Assembly (NCBI GenBank): GCA_037969075.1
Contig: JBBKWS010000147.1
Location: 1-22,836 of the forward strand
Reading direction: 5' to 3'
Length of the DNA stretch: 22,836 nucleotides
Source: Bdellovibrionales bacterium
GTDB taxonomy: Bacteria > Bdellovibrionota > Bdellovibrionia > Bdellovibrionales > UBA840
The notes under the pieces are model-generated. The model was not told the origin of the DNA. It saw nothing but the letters and a program-made list of their open reading frames with translations, and did no database searches. Position 1 is the first letter of the stretch, and each line of letters starts with the position of its first letter. Both the position numbers and the translations under genes were made by a program. Positions 1 through 8,933 of the stretch are shown here, one piece after another.

Positions 1-142
1 TTGCTGGCTTAGAAGTCTTGCGGTTATACAAAATCCACACTATAACTAGTGCGGTAACAGAAAAGTAGACTATATTTAAAGCTTTTATATCCACTATGCT
101 TATATTATAGAAGTTAAAAACTAGTTTGCAAGGAGTAATGAT

Positions 143-937
143 ATGGCTCAAGCCCCTAATCCATTTGAAAAACAAAGTCCCATTCCCGGAGTAAAGCATA
201 TAATCGCAGTAGCTTCTGGTAAAGGTGGAGTCGGAAAAAGCACCATAGCTTCAAATCTTGCCGTTAGCTTAGCTAAAAAATTAAAAGTAGGGCTTTTAGA
301 CGCTGATATTTATGGCCCAAGTGTTCCGCGCATGTTGGGCTGCCTGCAACAACGCCCCGAAGTAGATAGTGACAATAAAATACAGCCGCTCGTTCGCCAT
401 AATACAAAACTGATGAGCATTGGCTTTTTGGTTGATGAAGACGCTGCTGTAGTGTGGCGTGGACCCATGCTATTCAAAGCCATTGACCAATTTATTCGAG
501 ATGTAGATTGGGGTGATTTAGATGTTTTAATTGTAGACTTACCGCCGGGCACAGGCGACGTACAACTTTCTTTAGCACAAAAAGTTCCTTTGTCAGGAGC
601 CATCATCGTAACTACTCCGCAGAATGTAGCTCTTGCAGATGTTAAAAAATCTATTGATATGTTTAAACGAATAAATACGCCGATTTTAGGCCTAGTAGAA
701 AACATGTCTTATTTTTTACAAGGCACTGAAAAGATTGAAATGTACCCTAAGGGAGAACTTGAATCTTACATAGCAAAAATGAAGATTCCAAAACTAGCAG
801 AAATTCCATTTCACCCTCCTGTATCTTTTGCCGGAGAGATGGGAATTCCTGTTGTTATCTCACAACCTGAGGCAGCAAGCTCTCAGGCCTTAGAAAATTT
901 AGCACAAAATGTATTAGAACTATTGGGGAATCACTAA
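143..937 (+). CDS. apbC: Mrp/NBP35/ApbC family P-loop ATPase (Fe-S carrier family; lacks CxxC)
   Basis: Deviant Walker A SGKGGVGKST plus DADIYGPS, WRGPM, DLPPGTGD, VTTPQ and ENMS motifs; AAGGAG RBS at 130-135. Confidence 0.93.
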   Translation: MAQAPNPFEKQSPIPGVKHIIAVASGKGGVGKSTIASNLAVSLAKKLKVGLLDADIYGPSVPRMLGCLQQRPEVDSDNKIQPLVRHNTKLMSIGFLVDEDAAVVWRGPMLFKAIDQFIRDVDWGDLDVLIVDLPPGTGDVQLSLAQKVPLSGAIIVTTPQNVALADVKKSIDMFKRINTPILGLVENMSYFLQGTEKIEMYPKGELESYIAKMKIPKLAEIPFHPPVSFAGEMGIPVVISQPEAASSQALENLAQNVLELLGNH

Positions 938-2491
938 CTCTTTGCCGATTTGAATATAAGACTTATTGACCAAGCTATTAGCCACAGCAATATCTTTTAA
1001 AGAGATCTTATATTTTCTGGCAATATCTATCAGCGTTTCACCTGGGCGCACTACGTGTTTAGAGTTTCCAGCAATACGTGATGACGATCCCGGGATCTTT
1101 AGATTTCTACCAACAAAAAGCCTGTTGCCTTTAATGCTATTTACTCGCTTTAAAGTAGCTACCGGAACCTTATATTTTCTTGAAATAAGAGTAAGATTCT
1201 CTCCCTGCTTCACTCGGTGAGTTTTTGTTCGTGTTACCCTTGTAGCGGCACTTCTACTAGAGGCAACATTTCTAGTGTCTGCAGAAGCTATCTGTCCACC
1301 ACGATAGCCCTCTTTACTAGGAATACGCAAATAACTACCGGCTCTAATAAAATTACCACTAATGCGATTTATAGATTTAATTGTGGATACACGCGTTCTA
1401 AACTTACGGGCTATAGCCCCAAGTGTATCACCATTACGCACTCGGTATCGAATGAAATCCGGCTTCATCATACTAGCAATTTCTTTTTGATCCGTTATTA
1501 AATGATTCTGCGCAATTTGCAAAGCTTGCTCAGGATTAAACTGTATTGGAAGTTTAATGACAGCCTTACCATCTTTACCAGGAGGAGCTAATTTTCCCCG
1601 GTACATCGGGTTTAATTTAACTAAGTCTTCATACTCCATCCCAATTGCTTTACTAAAGTTTTCTAAATGCAGAGGCTTATCCACTTCAATTTCTTGAAAC
1701 GCAAGTTCAGGCTGATATTCAATATTAGCAAAACCATATTTTACCGGGTCTTTAGCAATTAACTTAGCTGCAATGTATTTAGGTACGTAGTTAATAGTTT
1801 CTCTTGGTAGACGCTTACGACGAGCCAACTCCCAAAAGTCCCTAGTGTAATGCTGCATAACTAATCGCTTAATACGATTTTCGCCTACGTTATAAGAGGC
1901 GATCGCTAAATACCACTCACCAAATAAATTATACAAGGACTTAAAATATTGTGCCGCTGCCTGAGTGGACCTAACAAAATCTCTTCTTTCATCGACGAAA
2001 GAATCAATTCGTAAACCATAACGTAGACCTGTGCCACGGATGAATTGCCAATACCCTACTGCGGATGCATGCGAATATGCTGTGGCATTAAAACCAGATT
2101 CAATCAAAGCAACATATACTAGATCCTCAGGTAAACCTTGCTGTTTCAAAATATTTTTCATTAAGGGTAAATACCTTGATGATCTCGCTAAATATCTCTC
2201 CATGTGTGGGCGTCCACGACCGGTAAAATAATCTAGCCATTTCTCAACAGCTACATTTACTTCAACTGGAATTTGTTCAACCTTTTGATAATTCGCATCC
2301 AAATTCTCCTCAGAAAACTGATATTTTAACGGGGTTTTTGGCGCATCCTCGATATCTTGATCAGTTACGATATTGAGTTCTTTAACTTCAGTGTCCTCAG
2401 TATTTAATTCGGATACATCCATGCGCGTTTTTATATTTGAACAAGCTAATAAAAAACACATGCTCGTCCACAGAGCTAATCTAGATATCAT
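920..2491 (-). CDS. mltD: Membrane-bound lytic murein transglycosylase D-like lipoprotein (SLT domain + 3 LysM)
   Basis: SLT motifs IESGF, AVGYWQF, SYNVGE and ETINYVPK; three C-terminal LysM repeats (YRVRNGDTL, HRVKQGENL, HVVRPGETL). Start moved from 2527 to ATG 2491 because GGAGG precedes it and it gives a lipoprotein signal MISRLALWTSMCFLLA-C. Confidence 0.9.
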   Translation of the reverse strand: MISRLALWTSMCFLLACSNIKTRMDVSELNTEDTEVKELNIVTDQDIEDAPKTPLKYQFSEENLDANYQKVEQIPVEVNVAVEKWLDYFTGRGRPHMERYLARSSRYLPLMKNILKQQGLPEDLVYVALIESGFNATAYSHASAVGYWQFIRGTGLRYGLRIDSFVDERRDFVRSTQAAAQYFKSLYNLFGEWYLAIASYNVGENRIKRLVMQHYTRDFWELARRKRLPRETINYVPKYIAAKLIAKDPVKYGFANIEYQPELAFQEIEVDKPLHLENFSKAIGMEYEDLVKLNPMYRGKLAPPGKDGKAVIKLPIQFNPEQALQIAQNHLITDQKEIASMMKPDFIRYRVRNGDTLGAIARKFRTRVSTIKSINRISGNFIRAGSYLRIPSKEGYRGGQIASADTRNVASSRSAATRVTRTKTHRVKQGENLTLISRKYKVPVATLKRVNSIKGNRLFVGRNLKIPGSSSRIAGNSKHVVRPGETLIDIARKYKISLKDIAVANSLVNKSYIQIGKELVIPQ

Positions 2492-2618
2492 GGAACCTCC
2501 CGATCTACTTTTAGTGTAACGGACCATTGACCCCGTCGCAAGTAGACATCTTGCAAAATTGGATGGTCTAGTCTTGCGGTTTAATTGCGCAGTAATTAGA
2601 GCTATTTCATATGCAATA

Positions 2619-4217
2619 TTAGTACATCTTATAGATAACTAGATCTTTGTTGGTATACGCTCTTTCAAAGTCTTCTAGAGCTACTGGGCTGCCCCAAATG
2701 GCCTTTTCAAGGCTAGAAAAAATAAGATACTTTGCACCATTTTTAATAGCAAAAGATTTTAACTCAGCGCTACTTATTGTCGCCATCCTACTAACCTTAT
2801 CTTTAACCAACATATAATCTACGCCGTGGCTCCATAGATGCCCTTCGTATCCCATTACAGTCGCTGCACCATAATAAAAGATAGGGTGATTGAATGTGGG
2901 AGCCGCAATATAAACCTCATCATTAATTTGATCTTTAAACCAGTCTTTATAAAGATCAATATCTGTTTGTAAAAAAATGCTTTGCTTATTATTTTTTTGA
3001 AATGTGTAGGACCAAATATTGTAAAGGCCAGGTAGACTAAAAAGTAATACAAATAAAATCTTAAACTGTCTGTTTGAAATAGTTTGATACAGCCCAAACA
3101 TAAACGTCACGTAAGCCCAAAATAAAATCTTAATATTGTCCCAAGGCCAAACTGACAGTATGCAGATCAAGAAAAAAGCAAACAGAAATGTAGCGTAAAA
3201 AAGCCATGTCCTTATACTTTTATCCTTAATCCATGGCAAACAAAGCGGGAGTATTAGTACAAATCCGAAATTTTGAAATAAATAACTTATTACATTGAGA
3301 TCACTGGACTTATCCCAGAGCAATCTAAAACTTACGCTTGATGCTTTCTGTAAAAAATCAGTTGATATCAACACAAAAGGTAAACCCATTCCCAAGGCCA
3401 TCAATATCAAAAAAAACATCTCTTTCCGCCGGCGGTAAAAATAAATTAAGCTCGAAAATAAAATGAAAAATACAAAGGTGTGTAGGTGAACCCAAGCTAA
3501 ACTGCCTAGTAGAAATCCATAAATACCGACCTCTTTGAATGTGAGCTTTTGGTTGGCTTGGATATAAATCCACATTTTGTGTACCAACAAAAGGCCAATA
3601 GGAAGCGCGAGTAAGTACCCTCTTTGAGGAATAAATAAGGCCAACAGAAAATTTTTCCACGAAACTTGGTCCTGCGCAGCAAACGCCCATGAACCGTTGC
3701 AAAATAGAATATACAAAAAACCAACTCCACCAATTTGCCAAGCAATAAAGGCTGTCAAAAAAAGGCCAAGTATACTCAACATAGGATATACATATTCGAA
3801 TGATAAAAAATTCTGTAAAATCCCATGCAGATAATCTACGGCAAACGGATATTTGAGTGTTTCTTCTGAAAATATAAAGTTTTGTGGCCAAAATTTAGTG
3901 TGCTGTAAGTAATTAGATAAGCCCAAGTGGTATGGCATATCCCCGTAGTTATTATAATTCCAAACCCAAATATCTCCGCTATCCACATAGACCACTTTTA
4001 TTGCTTGCCATAGAATGGGTATAAGTAGCGGTAGAGCTAGGTACCAATACTCAGTAGTGAATTTCATAGGCTCATTTTTAAAAAAACAATAACTAAAGCC
4101 CAAAGCAAGACAGGCTGAAATCAGTACGACTAACCCGCTAACTATAAAAAATTGCGCAATAAAATTTAACCATAAAAATACTAAACCTGTAAATACGATT
4201 GCAATAGCTGCTTTCAA
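2619..4217 (-). CDS. Polytopic membrane protein, probable GT-C-fold (lipid-linked sugar) glycosyltransferase
   Basis: Many hydrophobic segments, an early extracytoplasmic loop with GDMPYH / WPQN / YPFAVD and a soluble C-terminal tail. TTG start overlaps the upstream stop (TTGA, 4214-4217). Function inferred from architecture and neighbours. Confidence 0.6.
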   Translation of the reverse strand: MKAAIAIVFTGLVFLWLNFIAQFFIVSGLVVLISACLALGFSYCFFKNEPMKFTTEYWYLALPLLIPILWQAIKVVYVDSGDIWVWNYNNYGDMPYHLGLSNYLQHTKFWPQNFIFSEETLKYPFAVDYLHGILQNFLSFEYVYPMLSILGLFLTAFIAWQIGGVGFLYILFCNGSWAFAAQDQVSWKNFLLALFIPQRGYLLALPIGLLLVHKMWIYIQANQKLTFKEVGIYGFLLGSLAWVHLHTFVFFILFSSLIYFYRRRKEMFFLILMALGMGLPFVLISTDFLQKASSVSFRLLWDKSSDLNVISYLFQNFGFVLILPLCLPWIKDKSIRTWLFYATFLFAFFLICILSVWPWDNIKILFWAYVTFMFGLYQTISNRQFKILFVLLFSLPGLYNIWSYTFQKNNKQSIFLQTDIDLYKDWFKDQINDEVYIAAPTFNHPIFYYGAATVMGYEGHLWSHGVDYMLVKDKVSRMATISSAELKSFAIKNGAKYLIFSSLEKAIWGSPVALEDFERAYTNKDLVIYKMY

Positions 4218-5662
4218 TGCTTACCACCAAATAAAGACACTAGATCTTCTCGTCTATGAGATATTAAAAATACGCTAGCTTCTTGCTCATATCGAATTTG
4301 GAAATCTTTATTAAGATACTCTAAAGCTTCCGTCTTTACAGTTTTATCGAACACACTTCTATCCACAATGATTAAATCGTATGTTGCCCAATCCGCTGGT
4401 AATACATGGACGTAGCTTGCGCGCTTATAATCCTTCAAAAGCCAAGGAAGTGGCCATTCTGAACTGGTTTGAATTAAAAATTTAATATTTTTATCATCAG
4501 GATGCATTTTTATCCATGCTCTAAGAGGATCTACAACATCTTTCATCTTAGGTGACGTTTGCACATATACGTAAGCCTCTTTTGGGTTAGCATAATCAAT
4601 AAAATTCAATTGAATAGAGTGAACGCACATGGCCGCTACCGTGATACAAAAAAATACATTCAATAACTTTTTAGAAGACTGTAAAAAGAATGCATAAGGA
4701 AACAGTAAGACTAATATACACCATGGGGTTTTGTATGAAATAAGAGAAAATGCCAAGAGGTTACCAAACGCATACACAGCTAAAAACTGCTGAACTTTAT
4801 CCTTAGAAAAAAGCTTTAATATAGATAAAATAAACCCTACTAAAAAAATCCATTCATAACGTAAAAATAATCCAAGCCAATAAAAAAAGATTTTCTCATG
4901 TCCGGTGTGTTTAAATCCTGTCGCCTTCCATAAGCTAAATGCTGAAAAAAACTCTTTTACCTCGCCAAAAGACGTAAATAGCTCTGAATAAAAAAACACT
5001 ATCAATAAAATCAGTGCCGTTACTGGCAAGTATATATTTTCAACATTCAGTGTTTTATCAAGCAAAGGTCGCTTTTGCCAAAATCTAACTATCGCAAGCG
5101 CAATAACAGTATTTATAACTAGAATAATAAATGTTTCCTTGGTCGTTGCCATAACAATAAAACTAATACAAAGAAACCAAATCGATTTTGAATCCGTCTT
5201 AGTCAGCAGTCTTAGACAGCCGTACAACCAAAGACTAAAGCCAAATAACAGCAGGCTCTCGTGTATAGAATATCTCGCATAAAACACTATCCCTGGACTC
5301 ACAGCGAGTGCAAGTAGGCCTATAATATTTTTTTGAGATAGTAATTTCATAGATTTATAAAAGATAAACATGGCACCTATGGAACAAATTGCTGGCACAA
5401 ACCTGTGCACATATATCTCTGATCCAAAGATAACATCAAATAAATACAAGATATAAAAATACAATGGGCCATGAAAATTTTCTGGATTGTAATCAAATAC
5501 TCCGTTTGCCTTAATTTGCTCTACAAACCAGCCATTAACGCCTTCGTCAAAATGGGTGGGTTTTATATCCAAAAATAACACACGAAGCAATGTGGCCAAA
5601 ATAAAAATTAAAGGCAGGATTACAGAAAAGTCTTTACGAAAGTGTTGTTTCAATGAAATCAT
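4214..5662 (-). CDS. TIGR03663 / Agl23-like PMT_2 (GT39/ArnT-like) membrane protein
   Basis: HFDEGVN after TM1, YNPENFHGPLYFY, YARYSIHES, YKTPW, YVYVQTS and WPLPWLL motifs recognised as TIGR03663-type; multi-TM. Confidence 0.8.
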   Translation of the reverse strand: MISLKQHFRKDFSVILPLIFILATLLRVLFLDIKPTHFDEGVNGWFVEQIKANGVFDYNPENFHGPLYFYILYLFDVIFGSEIYVHRFVPAICSIGAMFIFYKSMKLLSQKNIIGLLALAVSPGIVFYARYSIHESLLLFGFSLWLYGCLRLLTKTDSKSIWFLCISFIVMATTKETFIILVINTVIALAIVRFWQKRPLLDKTLNVENIYLPVTALILLIVFFYSELFTSFGEVKEFFSAFSLWKATGFKHTGHEKIFFYWLGLFLRYEWIFLVGFILSILKLFSKDKVQQFLAVYAFGNLLAFSLISYKTPWCILVLLFPYAFFLQSSKKLLNVFFCITVAAMCVHSIQLNFIDYANPKEAYVYVQTSPKMKDVVDPLRAWIKMHPDDKNIKFLIQTSSEWPLPWLLKDYKRASYVHVLPADWATYDLIIVDRSVFDKTVKTEALEYLNKDFQIRYEQEASVFLISHRREDLVSLFGGKH

Positions 5663-5680
5663 GCACTCAGGCTAAACTAT

Positions 5681-6406
5681 ATGGAAAATGAAATCTATCT
5701 CAGTATCATCATACCTATTTATAATGAAGCAAAGCGTCTTCAGTATAGCCTTGAGAAGATTCAGGACTTCGCTGACAGTCTTGCTGTTACCGCAGAGTGG
5801 ATTTTTGTTGTAGAGCCCTCCACAGATAAAAGCCTAACCATCATTCAAAACTATTGCCACCAACATAAGAATGCCTTCGTCATCGCTAATAAAGTGCACA
5901 AAGGCAAAGGCTTTGCCGTACAAACTGGAATGATCCACGCTAAGGGCCAATGGGCTCTATTTATGGACGCTGACTTATCTACGCCCCTACAAGAAATCCA
6001 CAAATTTTTATCTCATATAAAACAAAAACCTGAAATTCAAATTTTAATTGGAGATAGAAAAGCTAAGGCCGCCAATATAATTGTCAAACAAGGGCCCATG
6101 CGCCTTATTATGGGGAAAGCCCTGAACCAATTATTAAAATCACTTGAACTTACTGATTTTCAAGACACACAGTGTGGCTTCAAGTTTTTTAAAAAGGAAA
6201 CCATCAGACCTCTTTTCTCTAAACTCTTTTGCACTGGATTTAGCTTTGATATCGAGATCTTAGCAAAAGCGAAGAAAAATAACTATATCGTTCACTCTTT
6301 ACCTATTGCATGGAAAAATGACAAAGCATCAACTGTAAGAGTCGTTAGGGATTCCTTAAAAATGATTCGTGATATTGCAAGAATCTATTTACATCTAAAG
6401 ACTTGA
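5681..6406 (+). CDS. GT2 polyprenol/dolichyl-phosphate glycosyltransferase (DPG/DPM synthase-like)
   Basis: SIIIPIYNE, GKGFAV, FMDADLS (DxD), DTQCGFK and GFSFDIEIL motifs; no C-terminal TM helices. Confidence 0.88.
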   Translation: MENEIYLSIIIPIYNEAKRLQYSLEKIQDFADSLAVTAEWIFVVEPSTDKSLTIIQNYCHQHKNAFVIANKVHKGKGFAVQTGMIHAKGQWALFMDADLSTPLQEIHKFLSHIKQKPEIQILIGDRKAKAANIIVKQGPMRLIMGKALNQLLKSLELTDFQDTQCGFKFFKKETIRPLFSKLFCTGFSFDIEILAKAKKNNYIVHSLPIAWKNDKASTVRVVRDSLKMIRDIARIYLHLKT

Positions 6407-8302
6407 TTGCTGCATTTTGTATTTTAACAACTTATCTGTAACCTGACTTATAGTTTTTGATATTTCTTTTACCTTGGTTTTATTGCGAATATCCTTTGTT
6501 AACTCCTCAGGAGCAAACGCAATAGCTTGCAGTAATTCAACCGTAGACAATAGATCTTTTTCAACATCCTTACGAAGCGATGTTGGCAGAAGCGAAATAT
6601 TGTTCTGAAGCTTTTCAAAACTTCCCTCTTGTCCCACTATTTCACCTATTAAAAAATTAACAAAGTTAGTCGCCTCTACTGCAAAGTTTTTATGATCTCC
6701 TGAGACAGCCAATGCGCTTACCTTAGCCCATCTTTTTTTAGCTTTTTGCTGTAAAATTTTAGCGTAATGATTTGTCTTAAAATCTTTTTTAAGTCTATAT
6801 AAAAAGAATAGAACTGTAAGTAAGCTTAAAACCAAAAAGCTATATAAACTAATATCTTCATTAATCATTACTGTCGCACTTATGTTTTGGTTTAGACTTG
6901 GTAGCTGTAGCTCTGTAGGCGCCACTCTGTTATCAGCAAGAGGTCTGTTACTAGGAACGAAGCTATCCCCTTTTTCTACCTGAATATCAGCTGGGTTTGA
7001 TTGCTTTGTCATATATTGCATCCGACTAGGGTCAAAGTAGCTGATCCCTATGGCTGGTATCGTAGATGCACCCACTTCTTTTGGAGTTATGAATAAGCTA
7101 AACTCTTTATAAGATTGTCCGTTAGGAAAAAATTTGGCCTCTTCTTTTTTATCAAAAAGCTCTAAAGTACTAGGTAAGTTAAGCGGTGGCAGCTCCACAA
7201 CTTTTGCATTTCCACGTCCTGAAATTTTTAGTTTTAATGTAAATGGCTGGCCGGTTTTAAATTTATCATCCTCAAGCTTTGCCTCTACTTTAAAATCACC
7301 AACAACCCCCGTGAAATCATTAGGCCTATTGGCATCCGGCAGCGGTAAAATATTTACACTAACTTCATCGCTAGATTTTGTATAAGTATACATTTTACCC
7401 ATACCAAACACAGATTGAGATGCCACCCCGCCTTTTACCTTATAAGCATCAATTTTTAAGTTGCCGTGCTTTAGCGGAAACAATGCGTAAGACGCGAGTA
7501 AAGCGCGGTTGAAACGCTTTCCGTTGATTTGTGCGGGTTCAAAACTCAATCTGGTAGAGATTTCGATGTCTTCTTTCCAAAAATTATTTAGAGAAGGGAA
7601 TTTTAATGTATCTATACTTCTAAGCAATGACCCCTCAGGAATATAAATATAATAACTAGCGGTTAATTGCTCACCAACATAGGCACGGTTCTTATCTAAC
7701 TCTAGACGCACGGCAAACGCTTCATTTTCATTAATAGGCTTTGTATCACCTACTCGCGGCGCACTTCTGCGCAACAATTTTTGATACATTTGTTCTAGCT
7801 CATCCATGGGATCTGAACCAAAAGGATCTGGATCAACACCTCTTCTAATTGGTCGTCGTCCTTGTTGCTGTCCACCAATTTGACCAGGGTCTAAAACGGC
7901 AACTTTAGCCCCATTTGTAGTATACGTTTTATTATCAATATCTATCTGAATAGGAGGTATATCAAAGTTGCCTTTTTTAATACTTTGATATTGATAGATA
8001 AATCGATTTACACGTACAAATTTATATTCACCATTAATTATAGATACGCTATCTGACACTTGACTGGATTGATCCACAAACTGCAAGTCCGCAAACGCTG
8101 GCATTGTGGGAGGCGTAATCGATACATTTTTATCCGCATTGATCTCAACGATCACTGTAACGTAATCACCTAAAGCTACCTGCGAGTTATCCACAGACAA
8201 CTGTACTTTAACCTGCGACACCGCAAACAATGGAAATAATAATATTAAGAGTAAACTACCAATCTTTGCCAAGACCCTTCTCTTTTTGTTTGCTGTCATC
8301 AA
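6395..8302 (-). CDS. batD: BatD family protein
   Basis: Signal peptide, repeated BatD-type beta domains (YVGEQL, FTGVVGDF, SGRGN, SYFDP), C-terminal TM; last gene of the moxR-bat operon. True start may be TTG 8272. Confidence 0.85.
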   Translation of the reverse strand: MMTANKKRRVLAKIGSLLLILLFPLFAVSQVKVQLSVDNSQVALGDYVTVIVEINADKNVSITPPTMPAFADLQFVDQSSQVSDSVSIINGEYKFVRVNRFIYQYQSIKKGNFDIPPIQIDIDNKTYTTNGAKVAVLDPGQIGGQQQGRRPIRRGVDPDPFGSDPMDELEQMYQKLLRRSAPRVGDTKPINENEAFAVRLELDKNRAYVGEQLTASYYIYIPEGSLLRSIDTLKFPSLNNFWKEDIEISTRLSFEPAQINGKRFNRALLASYALFPLKHGNLKIDAYKVKGGVASQSVFGMGKMYTYTKSSDEVSVNILPLPDANRPNDFTGVVGDFKVEAKLEDDKFKTGQPFTLKLKISGRGNAKVVELPPLNLPSTLELFDKKEEAKFFPNGQSYKEFSLFITPKEVGASTIPAIGISYFDPSRMQYMTKQSNPADIQVEKGDSFVPSNRPLADNRVAPTELQLPSLNQNISATVMINEDISLYSFLVLSLLTVLFFLYRLKKDFKTNHYAKILQQKAKKRWAKVSALAVSGDHKNFAVEATNFVNFLIGEIVGQEGSFEKLQNNISLLPTSLRKDVEKDLLSTVELLQAIAFAPEELTKDIRNKTKVKEISKTISQVTDKLLKYKMQQSSL

Positions 8303-8933
8303 TCTTTGCCCGAATCTTTTCTTCTTGTCGCTTCAACTCGTCCAGAATACGCTTAACATCTTCTTTCGACAAGTCTTTGCTATCAAAAGGTTTGGGCGTA
8401 GGTTTAGGACCTTTCTTATCTTTATTAGAATCATCTTCTTTAGGCTTGTTTTCTTGCCCCTTGTCTTGCTGCTGCTCTTTTTTATCCTTGTCTTTCTCTT
8501 CATTCTCGCCGCTACCGCCGCCGCCGCCACCTTGTATCAACAGCTCCATATTTACAGTTACTTCTTTTGAATCAGGATAAATAGCAAGCGCGTCTTGGTA
8601 TGCACTCAAAGCTTCTTTTTGTTTTTTCTCTTGTGCGTACACTCTGCCCAACTGATAGTTTATATGAAAACGCAAAACTTCATCGTCTTCAGGAACTATA
8701 GTCAATAGCCACTTTAATGTTTGCACCGCGGTTTGATACTCTTCACTGGATATAGTCGATACAATTTGATTCCAATAAAAAGTCCATGCTTCAGGGTTAT
8801 TTTGAATCAAGCGGTTGAAATAACTAGGATCTAATTTTTCTCCGTTTGATATCTTATCAACCCCTTTGTTGTTTTCATAAATTGAAAACGGACTCACGGC
8901 GAAAGAAAGGGATAGGAGTAATACATGTATCAT
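8256..8933 (-). CDS. batC: BatC-like TPR protein
   Basis: Signal peptide, TPR helices (YQLGRVYAQEKKQKEALSAYQDALAIYPDS), low-complexity G/K/E/Q linker, terminal KDW; operon position. Confidence 0.8.
   Translation of the reverse strand: MIHVLLLSLSFAVSPFSIYENNKGVDKISNGEKLDPSYFNRLIQNNPEAWTFYWNQIVSTISSEEYQTAVQTLKWLLTIVPEDDEVLRFHINYQLGRVYAQEKKQKEALSAYQDALAIYPDSKEVTVNMELLIQGGGGGGSGENEEKDKDKKEQQQDKGQENKPKEDDSNKDKKGPKPTPKPFDSKDLSKEDVKRILDELKRQEEKIRAKIDDSKQKEKGLGKDW

Noticed and set aside
5..21. TGGC...TTGC resembling a sigma54 promoter (also 2564-2577)
   Set aside because: GG-to-GC spacing is 12 and 9 nt, not the required 10.
920..1460. Repeated segments at the mltD 3' end
   Set aside because: Explained by three diverged LysM domains; not a DNA repeat array or CRISPR.
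3409..3416. A8 run in the GT-C-like gene as a phase-variation site
   Set aside because: A/T runs of 7-8 nt are common throughout this AT-rich window and the ORF is intact.
3358..3891. 177-aa same-strand alternative-frame ORF inside the GT-C-like gene, and the other short overlapping or antisense ORFs in the track
   Set aside because: No recognisable motifs; contained in or overlapping well-supported genes; consistent with shadow ORFs.
2619..6406. Glycosylation cassette as a mobile island or prophage gtr remnant
   Set aside because: No integrase, transposase, tRNA or flanking repeats seen; apparent AT-richness is explained by Phe/Ile/Leu-rich membrane proteins.
8507..8531. (GGC)n-like repeat in batC
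   Set aside because: Encodes a poly-Gly linker in the low-complexity region usual for BatC-like proteins; in-frame, not a phase-variable tract.
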